This document shows, piece after piece, positions 1 through 15,019 of a stretch of DNA of 64,000 nucleotides. This DNA is from the human T2T-CHM13v2.0 reference genome, Homo sapiens. The position numbers were made by a program, and so were the translations under genes. Every line of letters starts with the position of its first letter. Position 1 is the first letter of the stretch. The DNA lies in NCBI RefSeq assembly GCF_009914755.1, contig NC_060929.1; one strand, given 5' to 3'. The notes under the pieces were generated by a model. That model worked only from the letters and a program-made list of their open reading frames with translations, was not told where the DNA came from and did no database searches.

Positions 1-723
1 TAAAAAAATAAACTTTGTTGAAATCATTGCTATCTATGCTGCCATTTTTAACAATCTAATTATGATTTTATGTCATAATACTGAGATGCAGGAATTTCAC
101 TTTAAACTACAGAATGCACATTTTGAAACTGATATTTTTCTTAAATGTTCATGTGCTTTCTGTATTAAAGCATTGATTCTCATGTTACTATAAAATAGAA
201 AACTCAGCTTACATTTTCAGCTATTAGTGTGTGTAACATATAATTACATATTGAACCTTAAAGGAAGAGTTGAAACTCCACTGAACTTATGTTACTTAAA
301 GTTCACAAAGTGAATATTGAAAAAATATGACTATCTCTACCTCGATGACCCAGACCTGACACCTTCTTAAAAAATTCTTCAGGGACAAAATCAAATAAAA
401 AAACCCAAAGAACATCTGTTTTGTATTTATACAATTATTGATAAATTTCGTGTTTTAATAAAAGTTGTTGAGGCCAACTCTACTCTTTGTTTAGGTACAG
501 CATTTTCTAATTCTTCTACATTGTCTGTTACTACAACAGCTTACTAGGATAACAGCTGATTATCTGTCATCATGGGGTGTAACATTTAATGGAATAATTC
601 TGGAAGAGGTCCTGGCCATATCCACAGATCTTAAGTGAGTTCAGAAGCAGAACTTAAAATTCATATGTTTGACATCAGTGTATGGTCAGTCACTGACCTT
701 GGTTATCAGTTTCTCCTGACATA

Positions 724-1774
724 TATTACCAGGCAAAAGGGTCTCACTGCCTGATGCACTAGAAGCCAATACCATGACACATGGTTTTGAGGAAAAAAAA
801 TAAAGCTTTATATTGAAAATTTACTCACATGGAGAAAGGAGTCAAGCTCAAATATTTCTATTTGTGCTGGTTTCAGGTCAGTATATTAAAAAATATTCAG
901 CAGTGGATTCTGAGATTAGTAGGTGATTGGTGGAAGGAAAAAGCAGGTCTGGAAAGTCTTTGCGTATGCAAAGTTATCTCTTCATGTTACCTAATGGGGG
1001 TATGGTGGAGGCACCTAACAGCCATAATGGGATCCTACTTTGAGAGTGACCTTATGGTCCAAGAAGAATGTCTGCTCTGAGTTCTGAGCAAGGAATCCAG
1101 AAGTGGCCAGCTCATTGATTCACTCCTTATCTATGAAGGATGTCTGAACACCCAGCCCATTCCTTAGAAAGCAGACTGTACAGGGAATTGAAGTCCTATA
1201 TTTTGAGTTAAATGGAAGTTACTAGGCAGAGGGTGCTGAAAATGCTATATAAACTGCATGCTTTTTACAAACAATAGTGATTCTCCTGTCCAGCCCACTA
1301 CCACTAGACTGCCCCATATATAATTCTCCTCAATAAATCTCATGTCTAATTCACTGAGTTTCTAGTTCAGCCTCTCAGATATGGTTTCATCCATACTGGA
1401 GTCAGTAGGGGTCTGGAACAACAATGGGTCACATGGGCAAATTTGGAGGGAGTTAATATGAAACACGTGTGGAAATTTAGGCTGTGATGTCAGCAAGCTC
1501 ATTTGGTGTAAACTCCAGTCAACCATCTTGGCCCCAATTGATTTCAGCCAGATTTCTCTTTATCTCATAAGCAGAGGGAGTTTCAGTGTTTCAACAAGTT
1601 GTTCTTATCTGCTATCCTGCAAACTCAAGAATACATGTTAGCTTCTAGTTTCTCACTCTTTGGGGTACAGTTCCGGTTTCAGCTTTTAAGCAAGTTGCTT
1701 GTTTTTTTGTATACTACCCTGTAAGCCCAATAATTTCGTCATTAGTTTCCTTAACTCTTTAAGGCACAATTTCA
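724..1774 (-). mobile_element. ERV1-class solo LTR (LTR48-like), interrupted by a nested LTR at 999-1423
   Basis: Minus strand begins TGAAATTGTGCC..AAAGAGTTAAGGAAAC and ends ..GGCAGTGAGACCCTTTTGCCTGGTAATA. Near-matching 4-bp flanks cata (720-723) and catg (1775-1778). Subfamily name from memory. Confidence 0.6.
999..1423 (+). mobile_element. ERVL-class solo LTR (LTR47-like) nested in the ERV1 LTR
   Basis: Perfect 5-bp TSD ATGGG (994-998 and 1424-1428). TATA-like gctatataaac at ~1245, AATAAA at ~1332, ends in ..AACA. Confidence 0.7.
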
Positions 1775-2253
1775 CATGTGCTCCCTCCTTCCCTTTGCTT
1801 TGGTTATCTTTTATATTCTCCCACTTCCTATGATAGCATTTACCTGTTTTCTCACCCAACTATGTTAACTTTAACTTACCCTTAGGTCATGAAATTTACT
1901 TCTGTCTTATTAGTTTCCCTGTATCCTTGGATGTGTTGCATAATTATGTCAGATGTTATCAGTATTTCTAAATGAGACCCTTGACTCTATCCCCTTGGCT
2001 AGTACTGAGATGAGTTCCTAAAGACAATAGGTTTAGGATTATCCCTCTTGCTCGATCTATTATGACACCAAATCCTTGAATCTCTGATGACCTATTATTT
2101 CCTCTTCTCAACAGGCATTTATTAAAAACTTTCTATACCAGATTTCATGCTAGATACAGTTTGCTCTTGAGGCCCTCAAAATGTACCACAGTGGTTCTAA
2201 ATTTTGACAGCAGGTAATGTTAATTTTTTTTGTATTTAAATTCTTTAAAAAAA

Positions 2254-2415
2254 TTTTTTTTATTTTACTTTAAGTTCCGGGATACACGTGCAGTACACGC
2301 AGGTTTGTTACATAGGTATACACGTGCCATGGTTGTTTGCTGCACCTATCAACCTGTCATCTAGGTTTTAAGCCCAGCATGCATTAGTTATTTGTCCTAA
2401 TGCTCTCCCCTCCCC
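2254..2415 (-). mobile_element. L1PA 3'-end fragment (L1PA7/8-like), heavily 5'-truncated
   Basis: Poly-T followed by tattttactttaagttccgggatacacgtgcag...gtcctaatgctctccc, the antisense L1PA 3' terminus. Confidence 0.85.
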
Positions 2416-2744
2416 TGCTGATATCTTGGCCTTATGCATAGACATTTTAATTCCATAAAGCCAAGGGAGGTGCATGAAAAAAATTACTCCCAGTGAATCT
2501 AACACTCATCTCTATATAGGGAAAGACAGGAAACCAATTAAAATGGAGCCAAATATATGTGCTTAAGACAGTTTACTCTCAAACTCCAGGCACAAAAGCC
2601 TGGAGAGGCTGCCCAAAATTAGTTGAGTAGACATTCTTTCCTCGCATTTAGCATGGGCTAGAATTGTCCAGTCACACCTAGGCTGTAATAACCTTACCAA
2701 TATGTTGAAAGGGAGGACACTGAGGTTAAAACATTTTCTCTGGA

Positions 2745-2925
2745 ATCAACCTGTCACCTCGGTGAACTTGAGCAAGTCATTTAGCCTTTGTGAGCTTCAA
2801 TTTCTTACTTGCAGCATGGTTATTAAATGTTATTACCTTTTAGGGGTTTGGGGATATTTGAATACAATACTGTATGTTCATGCTTAAAGCAATGTCCAGT
2901 GCATAACCAATATATAATAAATGCA
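2745..2925 (+). mobile_element. MIR SINE fragment
   Basis: MIR core-like gtgaacttgagcaagtcatttagcctttgtgagcttcaatttcttacttgc. Confidence 0.6.
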
Positions 2926-3485
2926 ACATATTCATTTTTTCTAAGAAAACAAAATCAGATGATTTTCTAAAAAACTGTAGTTATTACTTAAAGCATCAAT
3001 ATATTTTGTATTGTAATTTACATATTTTTGCATTCTTTTTTCCCTTATTGATCAAAATAAGTGAATGAAGGTAAGCCTCTCCTGAAGGTATAGGTGAGGG
3101 TCCCCCTTATGATAATCAATTGCGAAGCCCTGAAATAAACAGGTCTGGGATTCGTTGATCCACGGGGTTGCCTGACAGACAGAAAAATGATTTAAACTGC
3201 ATAGATTTACTAGAAGGTAATCTTGTGCCCTCATATTCACTATACATAGTTTTACTCTCCTGAACACACTGAGTTCAACAAGCCTTGTCAGCTAAAGAAT
3301 ATCAGATAAAGCACCACAAATAAGCTAGTTAAAACAATAATCTTAATTTCAAAAACAATGAAAAATCAAGTGGACTTAGATTGTTGCAAAACAACTAAAA
3401 AAAATAATTTCAGCTATTTTCAGCTATTTACAAAAGCCCAGAAGTGTTTATGCTTATTTGAGCTTGGTTATTAAAAATGTGAGTT

Positions 3486-3784
<299 letters not shown>

Positions 3785-3945
3785 TCTGAGATATAAAAAT
3801 TTTAAACCCCCATTGCTTTTAATTTGTACCATGTAAAATACAAACATGTTACATAATGTTAACTCCAGGGATGTTAAGTAATAAGTCAACGTATCAGGCA
3901 GAGTCCAATCAGAAAAAAAAAATAGAACCTAAAATGAATATTTCA

Positions 3946-4325
<380 letters not shown>

Positions 4326-6952
4326 CTACCAGCGTTAGGGAGGAGGTGGAGCTGCCCCAGCCCTGGATTCAAGGCTTTTGGTGTAAATAAGAACCACAGA
4401 TGAGATCAAGCTATTTAGAAATGCATCCTGAACTAGAGCAAAAGATGAGTGTTTCTTCCAGCCCTTCACCCTACTAATTGCTTCCGGTGACTGTCATTGC
4501 CTAGTAGGCAGGAAAGTAGTTGGTTAAGAGAGAAGAAGAAAGAAGAAAGAAGTTGGTGAAGAGACCAGAAAGAAAACAGGCAAAGGTCAACATAGTGAGA
4601 ATATAAGGAAATAAATTACAATTTACTCATGACTTTCTGAAGATCTGTTATAGAACAACTAGGAGTATGTGTTCACATACTCTCAGAGGGTTGTTCTTTG
4701 TAGCATCCTAAAATTAATGTCCCATAATTACCTGGCCAATGGTTTCTTTATTTTCTTTAAGTGTTCTTGCCATAAATAAATAACATAATTAACTTAGAAA
4801 AAAAAACTTGATTGCATTTATTAAAAATCAACTCTGTATTTAATTTAAAGCAAAATTAAATGTCACTCAAAAATACAGCTAAAGTTACATGTGAAAGAAA
4901 CCAACTTGTAATCATGCATTAAGGGTATGTTAATGGTTTGAGGCAGTCTTATGTTTGAATACCCTAGAGCCTTGTTGATAATTATATCCTTGTGCCTCTA
5001 ATATAGGTAGACAACAGCAATCAGGAGATTTTTCAAAATATATTCTCCTCTTGCACTCTCTAAACAGGCTTAGAAATGCAAAAAAAAAAAAACCTCTAAA
5101 TAACAACAAAAGTTAGCATGAAATAAAATCTAGTGTACCCTAATTTGTTTAGATTGGTCATTTTGTGAAAGTTGTACTCCATTGCATGCATTCTGTACTA
5201 TTCTATGCACTACTGAAAATAATTGACATTATCAGTAATCTCCATCAGGTAAGAAAACCATCAATGTCTAACTCAATGTGCTGGGTGAATTTAACCCGTA
5301 TTCATTTGTGAGACAAAGTGTGGGAATTCATTAAACCTCTTTGAATATAGTTTTACCATTTAAATATTAGAAAGGAAGTAATGAAAGTCATTTAACATGA
5401 ACATATTTAAAGGACATTACTAAACTCTCAAAATCTCATGTGGAGGTATTTATCCCATTTCATAGAGAAGGAAAGAAACCAAAACTAAGAGAGGTCAAAA
5501 TAGCAGTTTCCTACAGTAATAGATGGGCAAAAACCACAATTTTGGCAAAACCACTGCCCCACAATATAATATTAACTAATACTATTAGAAAGTACCAGGC
5601 ATATTTCTAAGAACTATTGAAAATTAACTCAATGAATAATCAAATAATAACAAGAAACAAACAAACAAGCAAAAAAACCCAAGAGTTCTATATGGATGAA
5701 AACTAGGAAGCACAGAGGAATTACGTAATTTGTTCGAGGTCACACAGCTATTAAGTGGCAGAACTTCAACTAGTTGGGCCCTAGGGTCTTCACTGTCAAA
5801 TAATGTTATATTATCTCTCAACAGACTGTATAGGGATGTTGTGAAGATAATGTAAGTCAATATATGGGAAAATATTCATGGGATATAAAATGCTACGTAT
5901 ACATAAATTACCATTTTAATGCCTAACTAGAGAAAAGTATCTAATAAACACCCATTGCAGTATTATAACAAAAATCACATTCAGTTACTCTGTTTTTGAA
6001 CAATAATATTGCACAGTAGATACAATCAAGCAATGCTTTCATTTGAGTAAAGATGTACTATATTTTTTCACTGGACTTAATATCTAAATTTTTATTCTAG
6101 CATGCCAATTTCTGCTTCAAATAGTCCCAGCTACTTCTCTAATGTTACCATTTCTTATTCTCTCCTGGCTCTCACATATTGAAGCAGATCAGTTTTTTAA
6201 GAATATGTCCTAATGGTATAAGCTAAATCTTGCTTTATCTCTTTCCTCTGCCTGTGAGACAATTCTTCCTGATCTCCTCATGAGCTGGTACCACTAGTAT
6301 TCAAATAGCTTCTTCAGAGGTGCTTACCTGATCTTTCATTCTGAAGTAGACACTCCACCATGCTCTAGTCCATTGTCTTATTTTCATTCTCTACAAAGTA
6401 ATAATGCATATCTATTTTTTTTCTTTTTTATAGTTACAGACTTTCATGCTCAACAGGAAGCAATCTCCATTTGAGAGGAAGCTTTGTCACTCTTCACTGA
6501 CGGGCATATAGTAATCGTTTCATAATGTGGGTGATAAATGAATGAACAAATTATAAATAACCAAATAAATATAAATTATGTGACTATAGAAAGCATTGTT
6601 CTAATAAGAAAAAAGTCATGGGTTAGATCTTTATGAGAAGCAATTCACTTTATCAGAGTTGCAATACTGAAAATGAACTCAACATGAAATTTTATAATAG
6701 CAGTTGAAATATAAAGTTAAGTATGAGTATAAATGAATAAGCACATATCCACACCACTTCATAGAATTTACCTTAGAATGAATGTCATTTTTGGTATTAT
6801 GTCAAAGACAGTGTTAACAAAAGTAAAAAATGAAAAATGTTATGTTGTTGCATTCTAGGTATACAAAATAAACACAATTTATTTAAAATAGTTTAAAAAT
6901 TAAATTTAATAAAATTAATTTGATTTTAAAAATTCATAAACAACCCCTTCAG

Positions 6953-9900
6953 GGAAAAGTTAAGGAAGAAAGAATTTACAAAACAACTAGAAAACAAGTA
7001 ACAAAAGGGCAGAAGTAAGTCTTTACTTATGAATAATTACTTTCAATATAAATGGATTAAGTTCTCCAATTAAAAGACATAGAATGGCTGAATGGATAAA
7101 AAAAACAAGAACTAACTATATGCTACCTGAAACAGACAAACTTCACATGTAAATACATGTATAGATTGAAAGTAAAATGATGGACAAAAGATATTCCGTA
7201 CGAATGTAAACCAAAAAAGAGCAGGAGTTGCTATACTTATGTCAGATACCTTAAGCCAAAAGCCATGAAAAGACACAAAGAAGGCCATTATCTAATAATT
7301 AAGCGGTCAATATACCAAGAGGTTATAACAACTATAAATATACATGCATCAAAATAGGAACACTTAAATTTATAAAGCAAATATTAATAGAACTAAAGAG
7401 ATAGACTACAATACAATAATAGAGATTTCAACCACCCCACCTTCAGCAATAAAATGATCATCCATACATAAAATCAAGAAACATCAGAGTTCCCATCCAG
7501 CAGTCAAAGAATGTGTATCATTCCCAATAATACCTAGCACATTCTCCAGGATATATTATACTTTAGGCAATGAAAAAGTCTTAAAATTTTTTTTAAATTT
7601 AAATTATATTAAGTATATTTTCTAACCACAATAAAATAAAACTAGGTAATCAATGTCAGAAACTGTACAACCCCATAGATATTAAACAACATGATCCCGA
7701 GCAACTGATGGACCAATGAAGAAATGTTAAAAAATAAAAAAAATTCTTGGAACAAATAAAAGTGGAAAAACAATATGCCAAAACCTGGAGATACAGAAAA
7801 GGCATTCTAAGAGGAACACTTATAGCAATTACTGCCTACCCCAAAAATGTAACTGGTACCAAAGATCTCAAATAAACAACATGTCATTGCACTTCTAGGA
7901 ACTAGAAAAATAATTCCAGAAGAAGTATAAGGAAATAAATAATAAAGATCAGACCATAAATCAGTGCAACAGACCTTAAAAAATACAAAAGATCAATAAA
8001 ATGAAGAACTAGTTTTTTGAAAAGATGAACAAAATCAACAAATATTTACTAGACTAAGAAAAAAAGAGATACGACTCAAATACAGCCAGAGATGAAAAAG
8101 GAAACATTACAACTGGTACCAAGGAAGTACAAAGGATCACTAAAGACTATTATGTAGAAATATATGCCAAAAAATTAGAAAACTTAGAAGAAATGGATAA
8201 ATTCCTAGACACATACAAACTACAAAAATTTAATAATAAAGAAATAGAAAACTTGGGACCAATAAGGGGTAATGCTGTTGAATCAGTTATAAGAAGACTC
8301 CTAGCAAAGAAAAGCCCAGGACCTGATGGATTTGCTCCTGAGTTTTACTAAACACTTAATGAAGAACTAATAGTAATTCTTCTCAAACTATTTCAAATAA
8401 ACGAAATAGAATTCTTTCAAACTCATCCTATGAAGTCAGCATTACCCTGATACCAAAACCAAAGATATACACACACAAAAATAAAACTAGAGACCAAAAT
8501 CCCCGTGAACATGGATGAAAAAATCCTCAGCAAAATATGAGTAAACTGAATTCAATAACATATCAAAAGTGTCATTCACCATAACAAAGTGGTATTCATC
8601 TCAGGTATGCTAGGATGGTTCAACATATGCAAATCAATAAACATGATACACCACATTAACAGAAATGGAGGACAATAATCATACAGTCATCTTAATAAAT
8701 GCAAAGAAAGCATTTAATACAACTGAAAATCTCTTCATAATAAAACCCTAAACAATTTAGGCATAAAAGAAACAGACCTCAACACAATACAGTCAATACA
8801 TAAGAAACCATCAACTAGCATCATACTGAATGGAAAAAAAGTTGAAAGCTTTTTCTCTAAAACTTGGGAACAAAACAAGGATGCCCAGTTTCACCAATTT
8901 TATTCAACATAGTACTGAAAGTCCTTGCCCGATAAATTCAGTAAGAAAAATATAAAAATTTCATCCATATTGGAAGGGAGGAAGTCAAATTGCTCTTTTT
9001 TGTAGATGACATAATCTTAGATGTATTCAATCCTAAAGATCCTACCTAAAATTTGTTAGAACTAATAAACAATTTTAGTAAAGTTGCAGGATCCAAAATC
9101 AATATACAGAAATTAGCAGCATTTCTATAAACCAATAGCAGATGATCTAAAAAAATAAAAAAATCCTATTTGTAATTGTTGCCAAAATAATAAATATATA
9201 GGTGTCGATGTAACCAATAAGGTGAAACAATGAAAGCTATAAAATAGTGATGAAGAATTAAAGAGGACACAAGTAATTAGAAAGGCATCTCATGTTTTTA
9301 CATTGAAAGAATTGATATTGTTAAAATGTTCATACTACCCAAAGTGATCTACAGATTTAATGCAATTCCTAACAAAATACCAATAGATTTTTTACAGAAA
9401 ATGAAAAAACATCATAAAATTTCTATGGACAAACAAGACTCCAACTAGCAAAAGCAATTTTGAGCAAAATAAACAAAGCTGGAGACATCACACTACCTGA
9501 CTTAAAAATATACTAGAAAGCAATAGTTACCAAAACACATGGGAGTGGCATAAAAATAGACACATAGACCAATGGAACAGAATAGACATGGCCCCCACCC
9601 CCCACAAAATCTGTGCATTTACAACCGACTTATTTTTGACAAAGCCAACAAGAACATACATTGAAGAAAAACCAGGGCCTTCAATAAACGGTGCTGAGAA
9701 AATTGGATATCCATATCCAGAAGAATTAAAATAGACACTTACCTCTGAGCACTTACAAAAATCAACACAAAATAAATGAAATAATTGTAAGATACAAGAC
9801 TACCAGAATAAAACAGGGGAAAGGCTTCATGCCACTGATCTGTGCAATGAATTTTTGAATAAAACCTTAACAGCACAGACAACAAAATCAAAAATAGACA

Positions 9901-11075
9901 AATGGGATTAAATTGGACTCAAAAGCTTCTGCACAGCAAAGGGAATGATCAACACGATGAAAAGACAAACTACAGGATGGGGGAAAATATCCACCAACTG
10001 TGCATCTAATAAGGAGTTAATTTATAAAATATATAAGAAACTCAAACAACTCAATAGCGAAACCTAAAAAAAAATTAAAATTAAAATTATTCAATTCGAA
10101 AATGGGTAAAAATCTCAATATACATTTCCCAAAAAAAGAGTAAAAGGCCACCAGGTATATGAAAAAAATGCTCAACATTACTAATCATCAAGCAAACGCA
10201 AATCAAAACCACGATGAGAATCACTTCCCACTATCCCAGTTTGTATGGCTATTACAAAACAGATAAAATATAACAAACACTGGTTGGGATGTGGAGAAAA
10301 ACAGACTCTTATGAACTGTTGGTGGGAATGTAAATTAGTATAGCCATTCTGGACAACAGTATGGAGGTTCCTCAAGAACTTAAAAATAAAACTAGCTGTC
10401 CCACTACTGGTTATCTATCCAAAGGAATTGAAATCAGCATATCAGACAGATATCTGCAGTCCCAGGTTTATTGCAGCACAATTCACAATGGCCAGGATAT
10501 AGAATCAACCTAAGTGACCATCAATAAATGAATGGATACAAACAATGTGGTATATATAAACAACAGAATACTATTCAGCCGTAAAAATGAAAACCTCTCA
10601 TGTGTGACAATACAGATGAACTTAAAGGATATTTTGTTAAGTGAAATAAAACAAGCACAAAAGGACAAATTCTGTATAATCTCACTCATATATGGAGTCT
10701 ACAAAAGTTGATCTCATAGAAACTAGAGAACAGAGTAGTGGTTTCCAGAGGCTGGGGAGAATAGGGAGATGGGTTGTGGGGAGCAGTTGGTCAATACGCA
10801 CAAAGTTAGGGCTAGAAAAAAGAAATAAATTTTGGTATTCTATTGTATAGTGGAGTGACTATAGTTCACAATAATATATTGTATACCTCAAAATAGCTAA
10901 AAGAAATAATTTTGAATGTTCTTACTACAAAGAAATGACAAGTTGTAGAGGTGAAAGATATGCTCACTATTCTGATTTAATCATTAAATAAGCTATAAAT
11001 GTATTGAAACAACACACTATATCTCATTAATATGTACAATTGTGTCAATTAAAAACATGATAAATTTTACAAAAA
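6953..11075 (+). mobile_element. L1MA (L1MA4/5-like), ~4.1 kb: degenerate ORF2 (endonuclease-RT-C-terminus) plus 3' UTR
   Basis: Continuous L1 ORF2 motifs (aatggattaagttctccaattaaaagacatagaatggctgaatgg; aagcccaggacctgatgg; ttgtagatgacataatc, the FADD region) with many stops and frameshifts. L1MA-type 3' end. Flanked by a ~57-bp direct repeat. Confidence 0.9.
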
Positions 11076-11544
11076 ACAGAAGTCAAGCAAACATTAAATT
11101 CATTAAAATTAAGTTGATTTTAAATATTCATAAAATATCCCTTCAGTGTAATATAACATAATGGAAAAAAAGCAAATTATTATAACTATGCTTTTACTCC
11201 AATTCCATTTGTTCTTTTTGATGTTTTTTCAAAATTATTTGGGTTTTAATTCTCAATAGTCACTTCAAACCATTGCACTTCTGAAAATCAAATAGTTTTC
11301 TTTTTCTTTATTCATGTTCATTTACAGTCACATAAAGCACTTTCTCTAAAGGCTTATTTTCTATTACTTGCTTTTATGACTGTTGATGTATGAAATAAGC
11401 CATTCAACTGAAAAACAAATATTTAAATTGAATAAGAATGACATTGACAATGAGGTTAATATGCATAAATGTATATCTAGATCAAAGTAACTTTTTCTAT
11501 GATTTACAAAAAATACAGTTTACATTAAGGCAGCAAGATCAATA

Positions 11545-11790
11545 TGCTTCACCACTGTTAGTGGAAATGTAAATTACAGATAACAGTATGGAAACTGCTT
11601 CCATTACAGAAAACAGTATGGAAGCTGCTCAGAAAATTAAAAATAGAACTACATAATACGATAATCCCATTACCAGGTATATATTAAAGGGAAATGACAT
11701 CTGTTTGTCAAAGAGATATCTGAACTCTTGTTATTGAAGGACTGTTCATAATAGTAAAGATATGAAATCAACCTAAATGGCTGTCAGTGA
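11545..11790 (+). mobile_element. Old L1M late-ORF2/3' fragment
   Basis: cactgttagtggaaatgtaaatt...aacagtatggaag...aaaattaaaaatagaactac...tatgaaatcaacctaaatg. Confidence 0.7.
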
Positions 11791-14310
11791 AATCCCAAAA
11801 TATATGGAGGTTAAATAACACATGGTTCAAAGAATAAATCTCAAGACAAATTTAAAAATATTTTGAACTAAACGAAAATGAAGACACAACTTAGAAAGAG
11901 TTATGTGATTGTGATGCAGCAAAAACAATGCTTAGGAGGAAATCCATAGCACTGAAGTCCTATATTAGAAAATAAGAAAGATCTAAAATTAATCTGAGTT
12001 TCTTAGTGAACTTTAAAAAATAATAAGAACAAATTAAAGCCAAAGTAATCAGAAAAAAATGAAAGATTAGGAATCAGAGAAGAAATTAATAAAAGTGACA
12101 ACAGAAAATTAATTTAAAAAACTAATAAAACCAGACACTGATTCTTTTAAAAGATCAATAGAATTTATAATTTTCTGATCCAGCTAACTAGGGAAACAGA
12201 GAGATGACATGACTTTCTAATATTAGAAATAAAAGAGGATACATCATACAGGTGTCATGGACATTAAGAGAGTAATAATGAAACATTATGAACAACTGTA
12301 TGGCCCAAAGTTGATAACCTAGATAAAATGTACCAATTTTTTGAAAAAGACAAATTGTAAAAACTCATAAAAGAAACATATCATCTGAATAAGCCTATAT
12401 TAAGAAAAATGAATCAATAATTAATCACCTTACAAAACAGAAAGCATCAGCCCCAAATGGGTTTGTTGGAGAATTCTAGCAAAAATTTTAAGAAAAAATT
12501 GTACCAGTTATCTACAGCTTTTTCAGAGTATAGTCACATTGACAATACTTCCTAAATTATTCTGTAAGAAAGCATTACTCTATTACCACAACCGGAAAAT
12601 AACATTACAAGAAAAGAATAGTATAGGAAAATAAGAAAAGAATAGTATAGGAAAATATATCTCATGAACATAGATGCAAAAATCCTTAACAAAATATTAA
12701 CATATTTAACATACAATTTGTAGAATTATACAACATAATAAAGTGGGATTTATCACTGATAGATGAGGTTGGTTTAATATTTTAAAATCAATTAATGTAA
12801 TCATTATTTCGACAGGCTAAAAAAATAAAAACCACACCATCTTACCAACAGATGCAGAAAAAGCATTTGACAAAATACAACACTCCTACATGATAAAAAC
12901 TCTCAGTAAACTACTAATACAGGAAAATTTTCTCAAGTTGATGAAGAATATTCACACAAAACCCCTCTACCTAACATCGTACTTAATCTCGAGAAAATCA
13001 AAGCTTTCCCACCAAGACTGGAAACAAGGCAAGCATGTCCCCTCCCACCACATCTTTTCAACATCATACTGAAAGCCCTAACTAATGCAATATAACAAGA
13101 GAAATAAATAAAAGGTACACAGATTGGGATGGAAGAAATCAAGCTGGCTTTGTTAGGAGATGACATGACCATCTGTGTAGAAAATCTGAAATAACCACCA
13201 AAAAACTTTTGAAAGAAATAAATGATTACAGCAAAATTACAGGATATAAGGTTCATAAATAAAAATCAATCACTTTCCTATATATAATCAATAGACAAGT
13301 GGAATTTTGAATTAAAAACAGATTATAATTTACATTAGCACTCTAAAAATAAAATAATTAGGGATATATTTTACAAAATCTGTACAAGAACCATATGAGA
13401 AAAACCACAAAACTGTCCAATGAAATCAAAGAACTAAATAGAGTGATATTCCATGGTTATAGATAAGAAAACTCAATAATATTAAGATGTCAGTTCTTCC
13501 ACACTTAATCTATAGATTTGATACAATCCCAATCAAAATATCAGCACGTTATTTTGTGCATTTTGAGAAATTAATTCCAAAGTTTATCTAGGGAGGTAAA
13601 AGACCCAGAATAAACAACATATTGAAGAAGAACTGACAGTACCCAACTTCAAGACTTACTATAAAGCTACAGTAAGCAAGACAATGTGGTGTTGGTGAAA
13701 GAATAGACAAATAGGTCAGTGGAACAGAACAGAGAGCCCATGAATAGACCCACATATACATAGTCAACTGATCTTTGACAAACACGGTCTATCATTCAGC
13801 ACTAAAAGAAAACCATGAGCTATCAAGACATAAAAATACATGGAAGTATCTAAATGCATATTACTAAGTGAAATAAGCCAACCTGAAAATACGATATATT
13901 GTAAGATTCCAAATACACAACAATCTCCAAAACTACGGAGATAGTAAAAATTTCAGTGATTGCCCTGGGTTGGGGGGTAGGGGAAAGAATGAACAGCCAT
14001 AATACAGAGGATTTTTAGGTCAATGAATATACTCTGTATGATTCTATAGGGAAGAATGCATATTATTACACATTTTTCCAAACCGATAGAATGTATACAC
14101 CAAGGGTAAACCTTAATATAAACTACAGACTTGGAGTGATTATTAAGTGTCAGTGTAGGTTCAGTAATTGTAACTAATGTACCACTCAGGTGGGGGATGT
14201 TGCAAATGAGGGAACCTCTCCAGGTGTGGAGCCAGGAGATCTACAGGAAATCTCTCAAGTTTCCTATTAATTTTGCTGTGAATCTAAAATTCCTCTAAAA
14301 ACATAAAGTG
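11790..14310 (+). mobile_element. L1MC (L1MC1-like) ORF2 remnant plus 3' UTR, with an internal deletion near 13785
   Basis: ORF2 motifs (gatgcagaaaaagcatttgacaaaatacaacac; ggagatgacatgacc) and an L1MC-type 3' UTR ending attttgctgtgaatctaaaattcctctaaaaacataaagt. Confidence 0.85.
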
Positions 14311-15019
14311 ATGCACACGTACACATAGAGTTGATCATATCAACTTAGCTTATCAATTCAAGCAAATTTGACAGGATTAATGCATCATAGTAAAGGAGAA
14401 GATTCTGTGCCAATAATTTTATTAAATATATTGAAGTATTTAAATATTAATGTCATGTCTTCCTTCTAAATATTGCCCTTTAATTCATCTTTAACATTCC
14501 TAATTTTCTGTAAGGGTATCATGAGTGTTTAATGTAATGTCTGTGTCTTACCAGCTTTGGATTTATTTTATTCTTATGCAGAATAAAATTATTAATTTAA
14601 TTTGACTTGCAATGTTAGAATATTGATGTTGAGCAAACAAATTTGCCATTGAAAGAGCTGATGCCTAAATATGTATATTTAAAATGTGTACTTTACAAAG
14701 CTATTGATTTATTCATTTATACTCTTCTTGTTCTGAAGGAATAATAAAGGAAACCTATACTTTAATAAAATTAGTATCCCCAGTCACCATCTAACATTCA
14801 CTAATCTGTTAGTATATCAATAATGTATCAAGAAAGATCCTTGAAAAGGGTAAAATACTCATATGGATTTAGAAAATACTTATTTGGGGAAAAAGAGAAT
14901 GTCCACAGTCTAATATGAAGATTTGGTGGGTCAGCAAAGTTAAAATTAGGAAGGATAAATATCATCTCTCTCAGAAAATGTATTTATTATAAGGAAGCAG
15001 AATATATCCTGCATATATA

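Noticed and set aside
7845-7865. actggtacca within the L1, matching 8112-8121
   Set aside because: About 10 nt is too short to distinguish a templated insertion from chance.
11573-11630. ~30-bp tandem duplication within an L1 fragment
   Set aside because: Ordinary slippage duplication.
12609-12656. Perfect 24-bp tandem duplication (aagaaaagaatagtataggaaaat x2)
   Set aside because: Ordinary slippage event in a dead L1.
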